DNA of 62,803 nt, the filler included, from Craspedostauros australis (Eukaryota), in NCBI GenBank assembly GCA_030167865.1. It is 3 parts of 3 records of this genome, joined end to end, with 100 filler letters (N's around TTAATTAATTAA, not from the genome) between each part and the next. Parts side by side here need not be neighbours in the genome. Positions count along the whole stretch, not along the records: positions 29,640 to 52,593 come from JALAGF010003765.1; positions 52,694 to 62,803 come from JALAGF010003771.1; 1 more part is not named here. One strand, written 5' to 3'. Positions 48,059-60,800 of the stretch are shown one piece after another. Made by a program: the position numbers and the translations under genes. Positions within the stretch are counted from its first letter, which is position 1. The number at the start of each line of letters is the position of its first letter. The notes beneath the pieces were generated by a model. That model saw only the letters and a list, made by a program, of their open reading frames with translations, searched no databases and was not told the origin of the DNA.

Positions 48059-51000
48059 ATGAATAGGGTCATGTCATGGAGAGGAGGGAAGGGCGCCAAC
48101 CTCGGAGGTGCCCAACCAGGTCCGAATGCAAACTCCAATGCAAACTCCAATACTAACTCGCCCGCATCGGCTTCCGTGGCCACATCGGACAAGTCCCGCC
48201 TCCCATCGATCAACGACGGACCTTCGCAGCCCGATGAGCCCAATTCGACCAGCCAGACAGCTAGTGCAGCAGAAGGCACCGACGTATCCTCCGCCAATGA
48301 TGACCAATCCGTGCGCTCGGCATCCAGCCATCACGAGACCAAATCCGTCGGTACGGCCGCATCGCACTTCACGCTCACGTCGCTGTCAGGCATCACGGAG
48401 GAGCTCATCAATGCGGCATTCTCGTCGGGTCAAGACCCGAAGATCCTGCAATACCAGCAGCAGATTCAGGAGAGCCGGCGCACCATTCAGACCATGCGCA
48501 AGACCTCGCGTCAGGTGGCGCGCACGCGCCGGCAGAACCTGGGGAAGCTGCAGGCCACGCTCAATTCCAAGTCCAGGGAGCTCTGGTACAAGGAGACCAA
48601 GATGAAGCGCTTCCTCTCCCTCCAGGTCTACAAGAAGGAGTGCCTGGGCTGCGCGCGGGAGGGTGACGGCAACGCGCAGATCAACCTGGAATCCAAGCTC
48701 TGTCGGGCGGAGCACCTCGCGTGGATCACAGATCGTCAGAAGGACATTCACAATCGCATCTACCACGAGATGATAGAGTACCTGTCCACCACCGTGCCAG
48801 AAATCAAGACGGAGCAGGCCCTGGCCAACGAGATCGGCGTCGCGCAGCTCGACAGGTTCGAACAGAGGAAGCAGCAGCACTTCAAGGAATACGAGCAGTA
48901 CCTCCACATCCAGGAGACCATGCTGGAGAAGCTGCGTGCCATCGTGCATGCGGACGAATCGTCATCCTCCAATCAAAATGTTTCCGATGACGGTGCCATG
49001 CAGCCCGCAGATCAAAAACCCTCGGCTGTGTCCGATGACGCTGCGGGTCAACCATCCGGACAGCATGACCAAGTGCAACCCAGCCGTTCCTTGGACTCGG
49101 GAGAAGCCTCCGAAATATCTGTTGAGCTCAAGGATGCAGACGACGGCAAACAGGCTGACGCAGCAGCAGCAGCAACCACCGCCAACAACGATGGCGAGGA
49201 CGGTCTCAATGGCAATAGTGACGATGGGGCGTCTACCACCATTCCCGATTCCATCGAAACGCATGGTGCGGCAGAAGAACCGCAGAACCAGCAATCCACC
49301 ACCCTCTCCAGCTTCTTTGGCCGTCTGCGTGGTCGGAAATCGGAGATCGGCGACGGCAGCAGCGCGGCGGAACGACGAAAACGCCACGAATCCGAGGACG
49401 ACATGAGCATGGACGAGATGCGTCGTGCGGATGAGGCCCTGTTCGGCGCATTCGAAGTCGATGACAATGACGGCGGTGGTGGCAAAGAGCAGGATGAATC
49501 CGAGACAGGTTCTCATGATTCCAGCCACAATGTCATGGAACATTCCGAATCGCACCATGACGACAGCGAGACCAACGGGGTGGATTCCGATATGCTGAGC
49601 CCGACCCCCAGCGAATCGAGGAACACGTCGCATCGAAGTTTGGACTCCAACGATCTACCCGATGTTCCCGAGGAGGACGTTCTGCCACCGCCCGAATCAG
49701 CAGCATCGGATACCAAGGGAGGCGATGCCGATTTCGAGAGCGCATCCGAAGTGGATGAAGAAGATCTCGGTGCGGGCATTGCAACAGCCAACGGCACCAA
49801 GGAAATTCCAGTACCGGAAGCGGAAACCACAGAACAAGAGGAACAGCAGGAATCGGATGATAGCAACAACGCAGATAGCAATCTACAAAAGGAAGAAGAG
49901 CAAGAAGACGATGTCGAAGAATCCGCGACAGAAGTCGAACAGCAAAAATTGGAAACGAACGGACACATTGAGAAGAAAGACGATCACGAGGTTTCCGAAA
50001 CTCACGATGAGCTAGAAGCGTCAGAAAGGGATTCAGAGCTTGATAGCAGCAGCAACAGTGAGAAGAAAGAGGAGCCTGCAAAGGTTGCAGAGCAAGTCAA
50101 TCCTGATTCTGCATCTGATCACAAGCCAGAGGAGGAACCGGAACCAGAACCAGAACCAAGTGCAGCTGACAGCATGCCCGACAAAGACAAACAGGCGGTG
50201 AACATCGACGATGGTGACGGTGAGGACAATGAAGACTCTGAAAATGACGCCGCCGCTTCCGAGCAAACAGATGCAGCTCCAACCCAACAAGAGGAGGATG
50301 CCAAAACTGAAAATCAGAGCCAAAGGGATAGTTCTGGAAGGAGTGGCACACGAGCAAGGGCAGCGACTTCACGAGCGCGATCGGAGACCACCCCAACCAG
50401 TCCGTCAGCCCGCAGAGCGAGACGAGCAACGTCGAGAGCAACAAATGGTACAGCGTCATCATCCGCACCTGCAGCTACGACCACATCATCAAGACGAGCT
50501 ACGTCAGCAAGGAGCACACAGGATGTGTTGGACCGTGCACGAACATCGCGGCGACGACCGGCCGAAGGCAAAGACAAGGATGCCAACGGCGCAGTGTCTC
50601 CTCGTCAAACGCGACCGCTGAAATCCCGTGCCGCAGGATCTGCTCGTGCCCGCGCCGGAACAGGAACAGGTACGACTACCGCGAGAAAGGGTCTTTCGGA
50701 AGAACGTCGTGCACAACTGCGCAAGGAGAAGGCAGCGGCCGCAGCAGCTTCGTCATCGCCATCCTCGCCGACTCCCTCTGCTGATGCTGGAAGTGGCGCT
50801 GCTGCTGAGTCTTCTGAAAAGGAAGCGTCACCACCGCCACCAACAGCAGCAGCGGAAGCGTCACCAAAGGTCACACCGTCAGCATCGCAATCGGCATCGG
50901 CCGCAACAAGCACGAAAGGGTCAGCGAGATCGGCGACGAAAGTCAACGACAGAAGCACCACGGCATCATCAAGACGTGCCGGGGGCGGGTTGTCAGAAGA

Positions 51001-51259
51001 ACGGCGTGCCCAATTGCGTGCCAACCGAGCTGCCGCAGGTTCTAGTGCTGGAGCCGGTGCCAGTGGTGGAACGCGAACGCGCACGGAACGAGCAACGACG
51101 AGCAAACTGTCGGAGGAGCGAAGGGCGCAACTGCGCAGCGAACGACGCAACGCGTCTGGTAGAACACGAGCGACCGCAGGCAGCAGTGGCTCGAATGGGG
51201 GTGGGAAAGCTGCAAACGGCAAGGCAGCGACAGCTCAGAGCGATGCAGAAAAGCAGTAG
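48059..51259 (+). CDS. Large hypothetical protein: coiled coil, acidic spacer, basic R/S/A/T tail
   Basis: >1000-aa open frame with a predicted coiled coil around 48430-48950 and three LSEERRAQLR repeats. Confidence 0.75.
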   Translation: MNRVMSWRGGKGANLGGAQPGPNANSNANSNTNSPASASVATSDKSRLPSINDGPSQPDEPNSTSQTASAAEGTDVSSANDDQSVRSASSHHETKSVGTAASHFTLTSLSGITEELINAAFSSGQDPKILQYQQQIQESRRTIQTMRKTSRQVARTRRQNLGKLQATLNSKSRELWYKETKMKRFLSLQVYKKECLGCAREGDGNAQINLESKLCRAEHLAWITDRQKDIHNRIYHEMIEYLSTTVPEIKTEQALANEIGVAQLDRFEQRKQQHFKEYEQYLHIQETMLEKLRAIVHADESSSSNQNVSDDGAMQPADQKPSAVSDDAAGQPSGQHDQVQPSRSLDSGEASEISVELKDADDGKQADAAAAATTANNDGEDGLNGNSDDGASTTIPDSIETHGAAEEPQNQQSTTLSSFFGRLRGRKSEIGDGSSAAERRKRHESEDDMSMDEMRRADEALFGAFEVDDNDGGGGKEQDESETGSHDSSHNVMEHSESHHDDSETNGVDSDMLSPTPSESRNTSHRSLDSNDLPDVPEEDVLPPPESAASDTKGGDADFESASEVDEEDLGAGIATANGTKEIPVPEAETTEQEEQQESDDSNNADSNLQKEEEQEDDVEESATEVEQQKLETNGHIEKKDDHEVSETHDELEASERDSELDSSSNSEKKEEPAKVAEQVNPDSASDHKPEEEPEPEPEPSAADSMPDKDKQAVNIDDGDGEDNEDSENDAAASEQTDAAPTQQEEDAKTENQSQRDSSGRSGTRARAATSRARSETTPTSPSARRARRATSRATNGTASSSAPAATTTSSRRATSARSTQDVLDRARTSRRRPAEGKDKDANGAVSPRQTRPLKSRAAGSARARAGTGTGTTTARKGLSEERRAQLRKEKAAAAAASSSPSSPTPSADAGSGAAAESSEKEASPPPPTAAAEASPKVTPSASQSASAATSTKGSARSATKVNDRSTTASSRRAGGGLSEERRAQLRANRAAAGSSAGAGASGGTRTRTERATTSKLSEERRAQLRSERRNASGRTRATAGSSGSNGGGKAANGKAATAQSDAEKQ

Positions 51260-51698
51260 ATACTCCAACCAACGTAACACAATGCAAGGCAACTTATGCA
51301 ATACTATATATGCAATTGACATCTGGATGCCAGATAAGTGGGTGATTGGGTCAATATGCGCGTGCGTACCATGCACAATTAATAGAGGGAGAGTTAACAG
51401 CGCACCAGGCCATGCCATGCACTTCCATTTGTACTCGGCTGATCCCCAACAGAGCAAGAGAAGTGCCTTCATCAGACCGAATGCTTTACTATCGACCATT
51501 ACAGAAGAGATTGCAACACGATGCTCCTTTCCACTCCAAGCTTTGCTGATCCCATGCATCAGTGTTTATGCAAGAGCAGTCGAGTGGTGGTGGAACAATG
51601 GTAGAACAGTGGCAGAACAGTGTTGGAGTAGAGTGCGTATCTTGCGGATATCTCATTCTTGTTTGCACACAATGTGTTTCAGCTGCTCTATTCGTATG

Positions 51699-52593
51699 CT
51701 AGTGTCCATCATTTTTCTTGAGCTCGACAGTCATCTCACCAGTCGTCGGATCCCGAGTTCGTTGCTCGTAGTCAAAGGCCTTTGCGTTGAGTGTGGCGTC
51801 GACAGCGGTGGTAACGTCTGTAATGACCCGCCATTGGTTGAAACTGTTGCGGCTGAGTTCGACGATGACGTCAAAGACTGGTTGCTCCGACCGTTGGCGC
51901 TTCACCTTGGCTATTGCGGCGCTCTCATTCGATTGGGGGCCCTTGCGAGCTTCGACATCGCTGAGGATCACACTCTGGATCCCTCCCAGCAAACCAACCA
52001 GCTTCGGGTTGTTCACGAGCTGCCGAAGATCACCGTGTGCAGATGCCACAAAGCGCACGCCGCGATTCTTGCAGGACCTGGTCGCGTCGACTTCCTGTTT
52101 GCGACCGATTTCATCCAGCACCATGGCATGGGGAGTATGGTTCTGCACGCATTCCACCATCACGGAGGCCTGCGCATTGGGAGTCGGCACCATGAGACGC
52201 CTGGCGTGCCCGACGCAAGGGTGGGGGAGATCTCCGTCTCCAGCGATTTCGTTGGATGTGTCGATGATCACCACGTTGTTCCTGTCGGCCAGGACGCGTG
52301 TGACGTCTCGGATGGCGGTGGTCTTGCCGCTGCCAGGTTCACCGAGGAACAGGATGGAGGGTGGCATCGTATCTTTGCTGTTGGGATGGTTCAGGAGTAG
52401 ATCAGCGATCATGGCAGCGTTGCCAGAGACATGCCGGCCCACACGCAAGGTGAGACCGATGATGTGAGAATGCCTGTTGCGCATGGCAGAGATGCGGTGC
52501 AGCTGGTTCTCCATCACAGCCCGATTGTCCTCACCGAAGTCACCGATGTTGTTGATGACAAAGGCAATCTCATCATTGGAAATCACCCGATCC
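51699..52593 (-). CDS. ycf45: Ycf45/SpoIIIAA-like AAA+ ATPase, 5'-truncated
   Basis: LHRISAMRNR, GLTLRVGR, GEPGSGKTT, IDTSNEIAGDGDLPHP, VQNHTP...DEIG, ASAHG. Confidence 0.88.
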
Positions 52594-52693
52594 NNNNNNN
52601 NNNNNNNNNNNNNNNNNNNNNNNNNNNNNNNNNNNNNTTAATTAATTAANNNNNNNNNNNNNNNNNNNNNNNNNNNNNNNNNNNNNNNNNNNN
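52594..52693. other. Artificial contig spacer N44-TTAATTAATTAA-N44
   Basis: Same 100-bp structure as 29540-29639. Confidence 0.97.
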
Positions 52694-53635
52694 GAGAACT
52701 TGCTTGGCGTACACGCCGATTCCAGCCGTGAAGATGTGAGTTTCGTACCGCCGTGATACAGCCTGGAGAAAGTCCCTCACGAATGGGCGTTCCTGTACGA
52801 TAGCCGAGCCATGACCAGATATATGGATGGGGAATGAATTGATGCGAGCAGACTCGAGCTGTTGCTGTTGCTGTCGGTCCTGTCGAGTCTGCCAGGCCAC
52901 GCCATCGTCAGCAAGCTGATCGAATTGCGTGTGGACCAGACATTCATCCAAATCCAGGACGACGACGAGATCTGAATCGTACTCGCGTGGTGTAGTTATC
53001 TGCACGGATTCTTGTGCCGAGTCATCTGCGCCCTGCGCTCTTTCTTTCGCCGTCTGCGATCGTGACGATGTCGTTGTCGATCCCGATGCTGATCGTGGAT
53101 TCGTGTGAATGCAAACTGCCGTGTCCGCCTCAGGAGCGTTGGCATCGTGTGGATTCTCGCTTGGAAATGTCCTTCTCTGCAAGATGCCACCACCTGTCGC
53201 AATCGAATGGCTATGGCGGTGCGACTGTGAACAAGTACGGGGAGTTCCGACACCTTTTGCCCACATGGATGGCGTTCTGCGCACTACCGGAGTCGACCTA
53301 TCTGCGGAGCTGCAGCGAATCGGGCCATGTCGACAGTGAAGAAGACGTTGCTGTTGTTGATGATACTGGACTTGCGAATGTCGATATCGATGTCGATGCA
53401 GGGGATTGCGGCATATCTTCTCCTGGCGAGGGAGGTGATGGCAACATGAGTAAGATCCACGCAGCAGAGATCCAGAGGCAGATTCGAAGGTTCCCATCGC
53501 ACGACACGGTTTCTGGAATGCCTCGTTGGATTCATGCGCAGACTTGCACAACCACGCGGAAAGGCAAGTCGCATACGATCTTGGTGCGGACTTCGTCATG
53601 GACTGCCATACGGCGGCTGGAGACGCCATCGCCAT
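52694..53635 (-). CDS. FCP1/NIF (CTD small phosphatase/Tim50-like) HAD-family protein, 3'-truncated
   Basis: LVVVLDLDECLVHT, ERPFVRDFL and HIFTAG..YAKQVL after a long basic N-terminal extension. Confidence 0.85.
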
Positions 53636-54062
53636 GCTGCTTCTTTGTGGTGGTGCCTTCTGCAGTTGCCCCAATTCGTCCGAATCGAGCTTTACTCTTT
53701 GCTTGGATGTACACAACAGTATTGGTATAGTAGGTCGTATTGTGCATACGAGTACAAGCGGGCACCAATGGAAGAGTTGGCAACATCGACATCGCGACGC
53801 AACACCCGATCGTTCTTCCCTCTTGCGCTCTTGTGGCGTTGTCCGTGCTCCCACCACTTCGTGCCATCTTTCCTCTGTCTCAAAAGATCGCAGAGCTTTG
53901 TGATTTCAATCGTGCTACATGCATAACGTCTATTTAACGCACATGGGTGAGGATTCGGGCTTAGTCGACGCGAATCGGTGGAGGATGCCTTGTGAATCTG
54001 CCAGCTTCGAGATAGCTGTGTAATGCAGTTCAAGAGAGGTGTACTGGTTGAAGAGTTGTTAC

Positions 54063-54526
54063 TGTAACGATGAGTAGAAGAGTGCTTTGTAGCTAATCCT
54101 TGTCTGTTTATTATGAGTTAGCTTGTATTGTTGGTAGGGTGAAGAAATGATGCCACACAGCTTGGTAGGACCCTGCACTGATGTACTTGGTCCAGTGCTT
54201 GAGGGTAGGCAATTATTGCAGTTCCTTGCTCTCCTCACACGTAGACACACTGCAATGTAGGTCATGACACTCAATAGTGACGGTCATGAAGCAATGGCTG
54301 TGGCTTGAGTTCGCTCTCGGATTCCGTTGCTTGAGTTGAAGCAAGTTGGATATACGTGTCAGGACTACGGCAGTGGTGCAGTGGTCATTGGCATGGAGGG
54401 AATCAAGGTATGTTGTAGTAAGAGGATCTGAGGAGCATATAGTTCCCAAGGTGAGGTGTGAGTCAGGTCGGTCATGTTTGAGTCATGATGGATTCGTGAA
54501 TGGAGGAGAGAAAGAAAGGGGAAACA
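54063..54526 (-). mobile_element. Possible solo/unrelated LTR
   Basis: Minus strand begins TG(TTTCC) and ends (GTTA)CA, contains TATA-like and AATAAA motifs, and is CpG-poor. No target-site duplication seen. Confidence 0.3.
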
Positions 54527-54618
54527 GATTTGGTGGTCGATCAAGTCGGAAGATTTCGCGCCAAAACAAGAATTTCTCCCATCGGAGGTGGATACCGTGT
54601 CCGGTAATAGTCTGTCCC

Positions 54619-56215
54619 TTATTGAATCTCAACTGATAGAGAGACCCTCACCGCATCCTTCACTAAGTTGAATCGGCCCAGGATTGCTCGACGGCAAATC
54701 CTTTCTGCCTTGTTGGTCGTTGGGACGTCTCTTGATACCCAGGGGACGCGAATCTTGAACACATTGTATTCGGTGCATTCCGTGCACCACGAGTACATCG
54801 CTCCACGTGCGAGACAGATTGGACACCATGCATCCGTTCTGCTGCACTCACACACGCGATCGATCTCGTCGCGTAGGAAGTAGTCAATGGCGCTGCTCAT
54901 GCGAGCAGCTGTTGTTCCGGCTCCTTGCACAGCTGGTGCGTGGTTGACGTCAATGCCCGGCATCGCGACCTTGGTAACCCTGATGCTCTTGTCTGATTCG
55001 AGCAGGTCATTGTTCATGAGGTCACAGATGCTTCCGATGCTTTCGTTGGTTGGCAAATTGGCTCTCACGGTCGAAGGGAATGTTTCCATGAATCCGAAGA
55101 GATCCTCTTCAAGACCATTCTCAAGCTCGATCTCGTCGAGATTGCTGATCTCAACGAAATCCCCCATCCGCGATGACGAGTGCCATATCGTCCATCGCGT
55201 CGTCGTCCATCACCATGTTGGCGCTTTCCGCTTTCTTCATCGCTGCCTTCAGCTTGAAGCATTGGAGAATCTTGTGCCCTGCCTTTCCACAGCAGTTGCA
55301 CTTGCTGTCGAATCCACCCTTTTTGGATTCGCCTTTAGCATCGCCATGATTGCCTTTCTTCTTGGCTCCACCTCCTCTTTTGTTGTTGCCTCCCTTGGCT
55401 GGCGCACAACAGTCCACCTTCTTGTGCCCATAGGCACTGCAGTTGCGACAGTTCCCCTTGAACTGTCCATCTCCAAACAGAGCGAGCTCCTCATTGCTGC
55501 TTTTGCCTGCACGCTTTTAACCATGTTTGAGATGGTGGCGGTCGTAGGTTAGGCTCACGGCTTCGCGGATGTTGCCCACTGTCATCTCCTTTTCCTTTCC
55601 CAGGAACTTGAGTACGAGCATGTTAAACTGCTCCACGTCGACGACCACCTCCAGGGTGATCAGTTGGTTGCAAAGGACCTCCATGTCCGTTGGGAAGAGA
55701 TCTGGATTCTCTCCCTTCTTCAATCGCATCCCGTTGAGCTTGCCCAGCAACTTTGCCTTCATAGGCGCAGTGCGCTGCTCATAGATGCGCTCAAGAGCCA
55801 CCCAAGCTGCGCGAGGGTCTCTTCCCCCATTCAGCATGCTCCTGCATCCCCACACCACCTCGAAGGCCACTTTGCCTTCCTTTGAATCATGGCTGATAGC
55901 CAAGGTCAGTTCTTTGTAGGCATACTTCGCCATCGCTTCCTTGTACTCTTCCAGGTCCGCAGCACTTGCCTTAGAACTCGACTTGGCGCCCGGTTTGGGC
56001 TTGACACCGGCCTCGGGTTTGATGGGAACCAAGGTCTCGGTAACCTCAGAAGGAGCTTTCACTTCCACCTCAGAGTAGGCCATCAAGAACATGTCTCTGT
56101 AACCCTTGTGGTTAGCACGAGAGAGGAACTTGGCCAGCCAGAACTTCCAGTTCTCCTTCTTGCCGTCGAAGTAGACCACTGGGAGGCGGTCATGTTTGGC
56201 GTTGATGGTACTCAT
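54619..56215 (-). pseudogene. Ty1/Copia (CoDi-like) gag, disrupted, no pol
   Basis: FDGKKENWKFWLAKF...AWVALERIYE...GENPD gag motifs. In-frame TAA at 55517-55519, then two CX2CX4HX4C knuckles (CRNCSAYGHKKVDC, CNCCGKAGHKILQC). Frameshift at ~55160. Confidence 0.85.
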
Positions 56216-56291
56216 GTTGATGGTGATGGTGGATGATAGGCTTGATGGTGCGGGGTGAAACATAGGATTTCAATCTAAATGTTCCGAAACA

Positions 56292-56713
56292 TGTTGGAAA
56301 TCCGGGGTGGTGATGATAGTAGAAAGCTAATCGTTTGTTAGAATCTACTTCTCTGAACTGTGAGCTCTTCATTGCTCTCAACTTCCAAAGTTTGATCTCT
56401 TCCTTAGATCTCCATGGGTCCCTCTGTTGGTCTAGCATGCATCCATCTCGCACTCATCACAAATTCATCATGGACATGCATGCACCAGTGAGTGCCCCAT
56501 GTCCGTGTACTCATCATGTTGTCTTTCCACCAATAGTTTCATTGGCTTAGACATTGCTGAGTTGCAGGCATCACTTGGCTTGGTCCATTTGATCGGATCG
56601 CAGTATCCCATCCTTCACATGAACAGCTTGGATGGTTGCTCTCCCTCAGCTTCTTAGCATCGCACATCTCCAATCATCTCCGATACATCTCCGATACCTC
56701 TCCGGTCACTTCA
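56292..56713 (-). mobile_element. Putative 5' LTR of the Copia element
   Basis: Minus strand reads TGAAG...TTTCCAACA and ends ~75 bp before the gag ATG. Internal ATCTCCGAT-like tandem repeats. Confidence 0.55.
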
Positions 56714-57832
56714 CCGGCTCTTCGCAGGTTTGTCCTTGATGATCCGTTCACAGGCCATCTCACTCTTCATGACATCGGCCTTCCTCCAGTACTCTTTTCT
56801 CATTGGTTGCGACATGGGGGCCGTATTCGTGTGTATCGTGATGTTGGTCACGATTCCAACATCCCTGCCCCCTGCAACATACACGTGTGATTCGCATTCC
56901 TGCATTGAGGTCACGAACGTTACAGTCCGGTTCGCATTCGGCACGTGGCGTTCTCCACCGCAAGACACGTGTAGCTCACATTTTTCTGTCACAAAGATCC
57001 AAATGTGGTAGTTGCGGTAATGCAGTATTTTATGACATTCTATTCCTTTCTCTTGGGAGGCGCGGCAACCCGGTGTTTCAGAACACCCGATTCCTGACAC
57101 GGAGCCGTCACGTTGTGTTGCTGCATGGTCCATGTGTTTTATCGTGAGTGCATCAACTGCGATCTGGAGCTCGTACCAGCTCGCATGCGTCAGAATTCAT
57201 TCTTTGCGAAGCACCCAAACGCAGATGGCGTCATCCAATCGTCGCTTCAACAACCCAAAGGGTGCAAAATGCTGTCAATCCGATGTCACCATCTCTCAAG
57301 TGCGCTCAGGGTAGTTCCAGTACAAATTTGAGTTCCGTTGACAACGTGCGACACGAGATTGGTCCATAAATGGGTTGTTCTGAGCGACATCAAGACGACA
57401 ACGTTGTTCTGTTCTTCCACAAAATTGGTGTTGATCGGATCTTCCCAAGGGAACTGTTGGGGTGACTTCTCCACACAACCATCCATGGAGTTGAGGAACC
57501 TCGGCACACAAGGTTCCAGCGAACGGGCACAGAGACAACACCACACCATGACACGTGACGCTCGTGCAAGCGACTCATCGTCGTCTGCATGCTCATGGCG
57601 CAGCAACCCACAGGTGTACGCTTGGCTGCTCTGCTATTCTACGACAGGTGCTTCCCGCTCATCCACCTTCTCGTCCTCTCCATGGATACCACGCCAATAC
57701 GAGTGCTGCACCACCGATCATGAAGACACCCCTGGCGAAGGAATGGCAGCAGTTCCTGTTTCTGCTCGCTCTTTCCTTCAAAGGACTCCAAATCATCTCA
57801 TAAATCCTTCATCTCGTTGATGACGAAAAGCC

Positions 57833-60800
57833 ATGCATTCTCACTTCTACCAACGAATCCTTGCTGCTGTGGTGCTTGTGGCGCTTGCCGCTACGGCAGC
57901 GGCATCCCCGATGCCAAAGTTGACGGTGAGTACGAGCAAGATGGCAACTGTCACTGTTGTCTTGACGCGTGGGGGCTCCTTCTTTGCTGGCATTCTCGCC
58001 TTGCCGCATCCGCATCCAGAGACATACTCGTACGTGCATCCAATTCAATGACCTCATCCTCAACTCAACCATGATTCTGCACCTTGCATTATACAATATT
58101 ATATTCTACATCACAACGCGTTATGTCACATCACGCCACGTCCTTCATCACAATACCAACAACTGGATCGAACTCAATTCAGACGCATGACGCTGCCTCG
58201 GGCGAACACAGTATCCTGCAGGAGCCATGCCTCGTCTCGGCACGGATCATTAGCGCTGCCGACGGAACGGATGCAACTGACTTATCTTGCATGCTCCAAG
58301 GCTCCGATGAGGAAGAACATGGGCCTGTGCATTTGACCATCGAAGGGCTGACGCTGGAATGGGCCAAGAACAACCGTGCATGGCCATTTTCCTCTTCCAA
58401 GTCCACGTTGTTTCTGGAGAATGTCATCATCAATGTCACCGACTTCTCCTTGAAGCTGCCGGACTTGACGACCGTCGATGACATGACGATCGAGCATCAT
58501 CAACGAAGCGAACAAAGCGATGGGCATGGACATGGTCGTTCTCTGACCACTCCTGATGTCCGTGGTTCTGGCGACAAGAAGTTCCTCTTCATCCAGGTCG
58601 TCTTCCAAACCAACTACACAGTTCCCAAGTCCCTCATCAAAGACGAGATCTTCGGCGCTCAGCCCAACTTCACCGACCAGTTCGCGGCCATGTCTTTTGA
58701 CAAGCTGAGGCTCTCCACCATGCCCACGAATGGGGCAGATGATGGGATTTTGACATATGAGTTTCCCCCTGATGTTGATCCCACCACTCTCGAGGCAGAA
58801 ACAGTTGATAATCTCGTCTCGCAATATCTGAAGCAGCAGGTCAAGATCTATGACGACTTTGATTTCTTCTTGATCATTGTCCCGTTCGGGTTGAATGACC
58901 GTGGAACTGATTGGACCTGTAAGTGCCAACAAGGACCACACAACTCGTATCTTCCTTATCAACATTTCGCACTGGTATCGTGACGAGCTCTACCCGTGCT
59001 TATACTCCTATCTAACCCATCCCACTCCAGCGTGCAATACCATCTTTCTTCCGTGCGAATCAAACTCTCTCGATTATCAACGCGCGCGCAACGATGTAAC
59101 CAACACACCACTGATCCACAGCGTACTCTTATTTCCACCAAAAGATCAGCGTGTACAACGGTATCGAAGAGTATCCAGGCACGCACTGGGCGGCCAACCT
59201 ATACTTCATCCTCAACGGACTCGGTCGCAACTTTGGGCTTGACACTTCCAATCGGAACGGGGAAGAGTTCGGAGATCGCAGGTAAGCGCAGTCAATGCGC
59301 CAGCAGAGACAGAGAGGTTGGAGGCGATCTGTGACATTCTGTATCAATCTTTGTGGACGGATGGACGATCGGACACAAGAACGAACACAATCAAACTCCG
59401 GAGAGAGCACATTGGACACGTCTGCCATGTTCTGGTCGTCATCACATGAGAGGAAACCTGTTTATTGTTCGAAGCCCATCTAACCCGTCTTCGTGTATCC
59501 TCTTCCTCGTTGTTGACGTCCTCCGGTCAATGGATTCCGACCCCAACATCGACTATTATTCCGCAGCGGCGCGATGGGCGGAGCAGTTTTTGGTCCATTT
59601 TTTAATGAAACTCTGACCAATAAGGTGGGGTACAACGGTAAGTGCTACGGCGTCATCGCCTTGTGGAGAGCCAGGGGTCAGATGATTCCGTTGCAGGAGG
59701 AGTCGTGTCACCTCATCACATACGATGCGATGCGACACTCTACGTACGCTGTCTCAACAATCACTACCTTCTCCATCGTTTCATTCTTTGCTTCCGCGCC
59801 AAATCATTTCACGCCCTCATGCTCATGCTGCAAACCTACCCCTTCAATATCATTACTCATGTGCCTGCCCCTCCACCACACACAGGTGCCAAGAGCTGGG
59901 TGATGGGGTGGTACTCCGATCAGACCACATTGCTCACCGGAGGTCAAGACATCGACTTTGAGGGAAGGCTCTGCGGAGTGGTCGATTATGACCCCGCTGA
60001 CACCAGCTTTGACGTCATCATCCGAATTGACGATCCCGAGAGTGAATTGAACTACTACATCGCCTTCAACAGAGCCATAGGCTTCAACGCCGATTCTCCG
60101 CTGGGCAGGGATCAAGTCCTCGTGACAAGGGCACAAGACTACAGCACTACCGAGATTCGACCCTCTGATCTGGAGGCCATCCTGAACACGACACAACCAT
60201 CGTACAGAATTGATGCCCAGTCGTCTTTGCTGGATGGGATCGTCATCTCGGTATCCAACATCGATGATGACTCGGCCACACCCATGTGTGCGACGGTGAG
60301 CGTGAAAGTAGTTTCCAGTCGATCACCAACTGCGGCACCATCCGTTTCTATGGCACCATCATTGTCATCACCCCCATCGAATGTTCCGACTGTGACCCCC
60401 TCGTCTGTCCCAACCGGAATTTGCGGCACGTGGGAGGTGACAGCGCCCACCGGACCTCGCTCAGATGAGCGCATTGAGTCATTCAGATTCGATGTTCACA
60501 TACTGGACCTCACCCGATTCACCGCCATCAAGGTTGCCGTGGCTGCTGGATTCACCAACATGCCATACACGATCTTCTTCCGTCCAAGCACCTGGGATGC
60601 CGATGGCAACTGGACTCAGATTGCATCAGGAAACAACGGAGAAACGGACTCGTCTGGCTTCACCCCTTCTCTCATATTTGATCAGCCCGTGGTGGTGTCT
60701 GCGGATGATGACATTGTATCCTTCCGCATTGACATGGCCGACAGATTGGGGACTTTGGGCTCGAACTTTCCGCGTGTGATCCCAGAGACCTTTGTCGAGT

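Noticed and set aside
50628..52400. 590-aa + strand ORF
   Set aside because: Shadow frame overlapping the 48059 gene and antisense to the Ycf45-like CDS, with no motifs.
51699..53635. Ycf45-like and NIF phosphatase fragments as one fused gene across the gap; likewise ZIP plus the 29640 ORF
   Set aside because: They are separated by artificial spacers and belong to unrelated families, so adjacency is not demonstrated.
56720..57600. Coding-like minus-strand stretch with several stops
   Set aside because: Possibly a decayed gene, but no family motif could be recognised.
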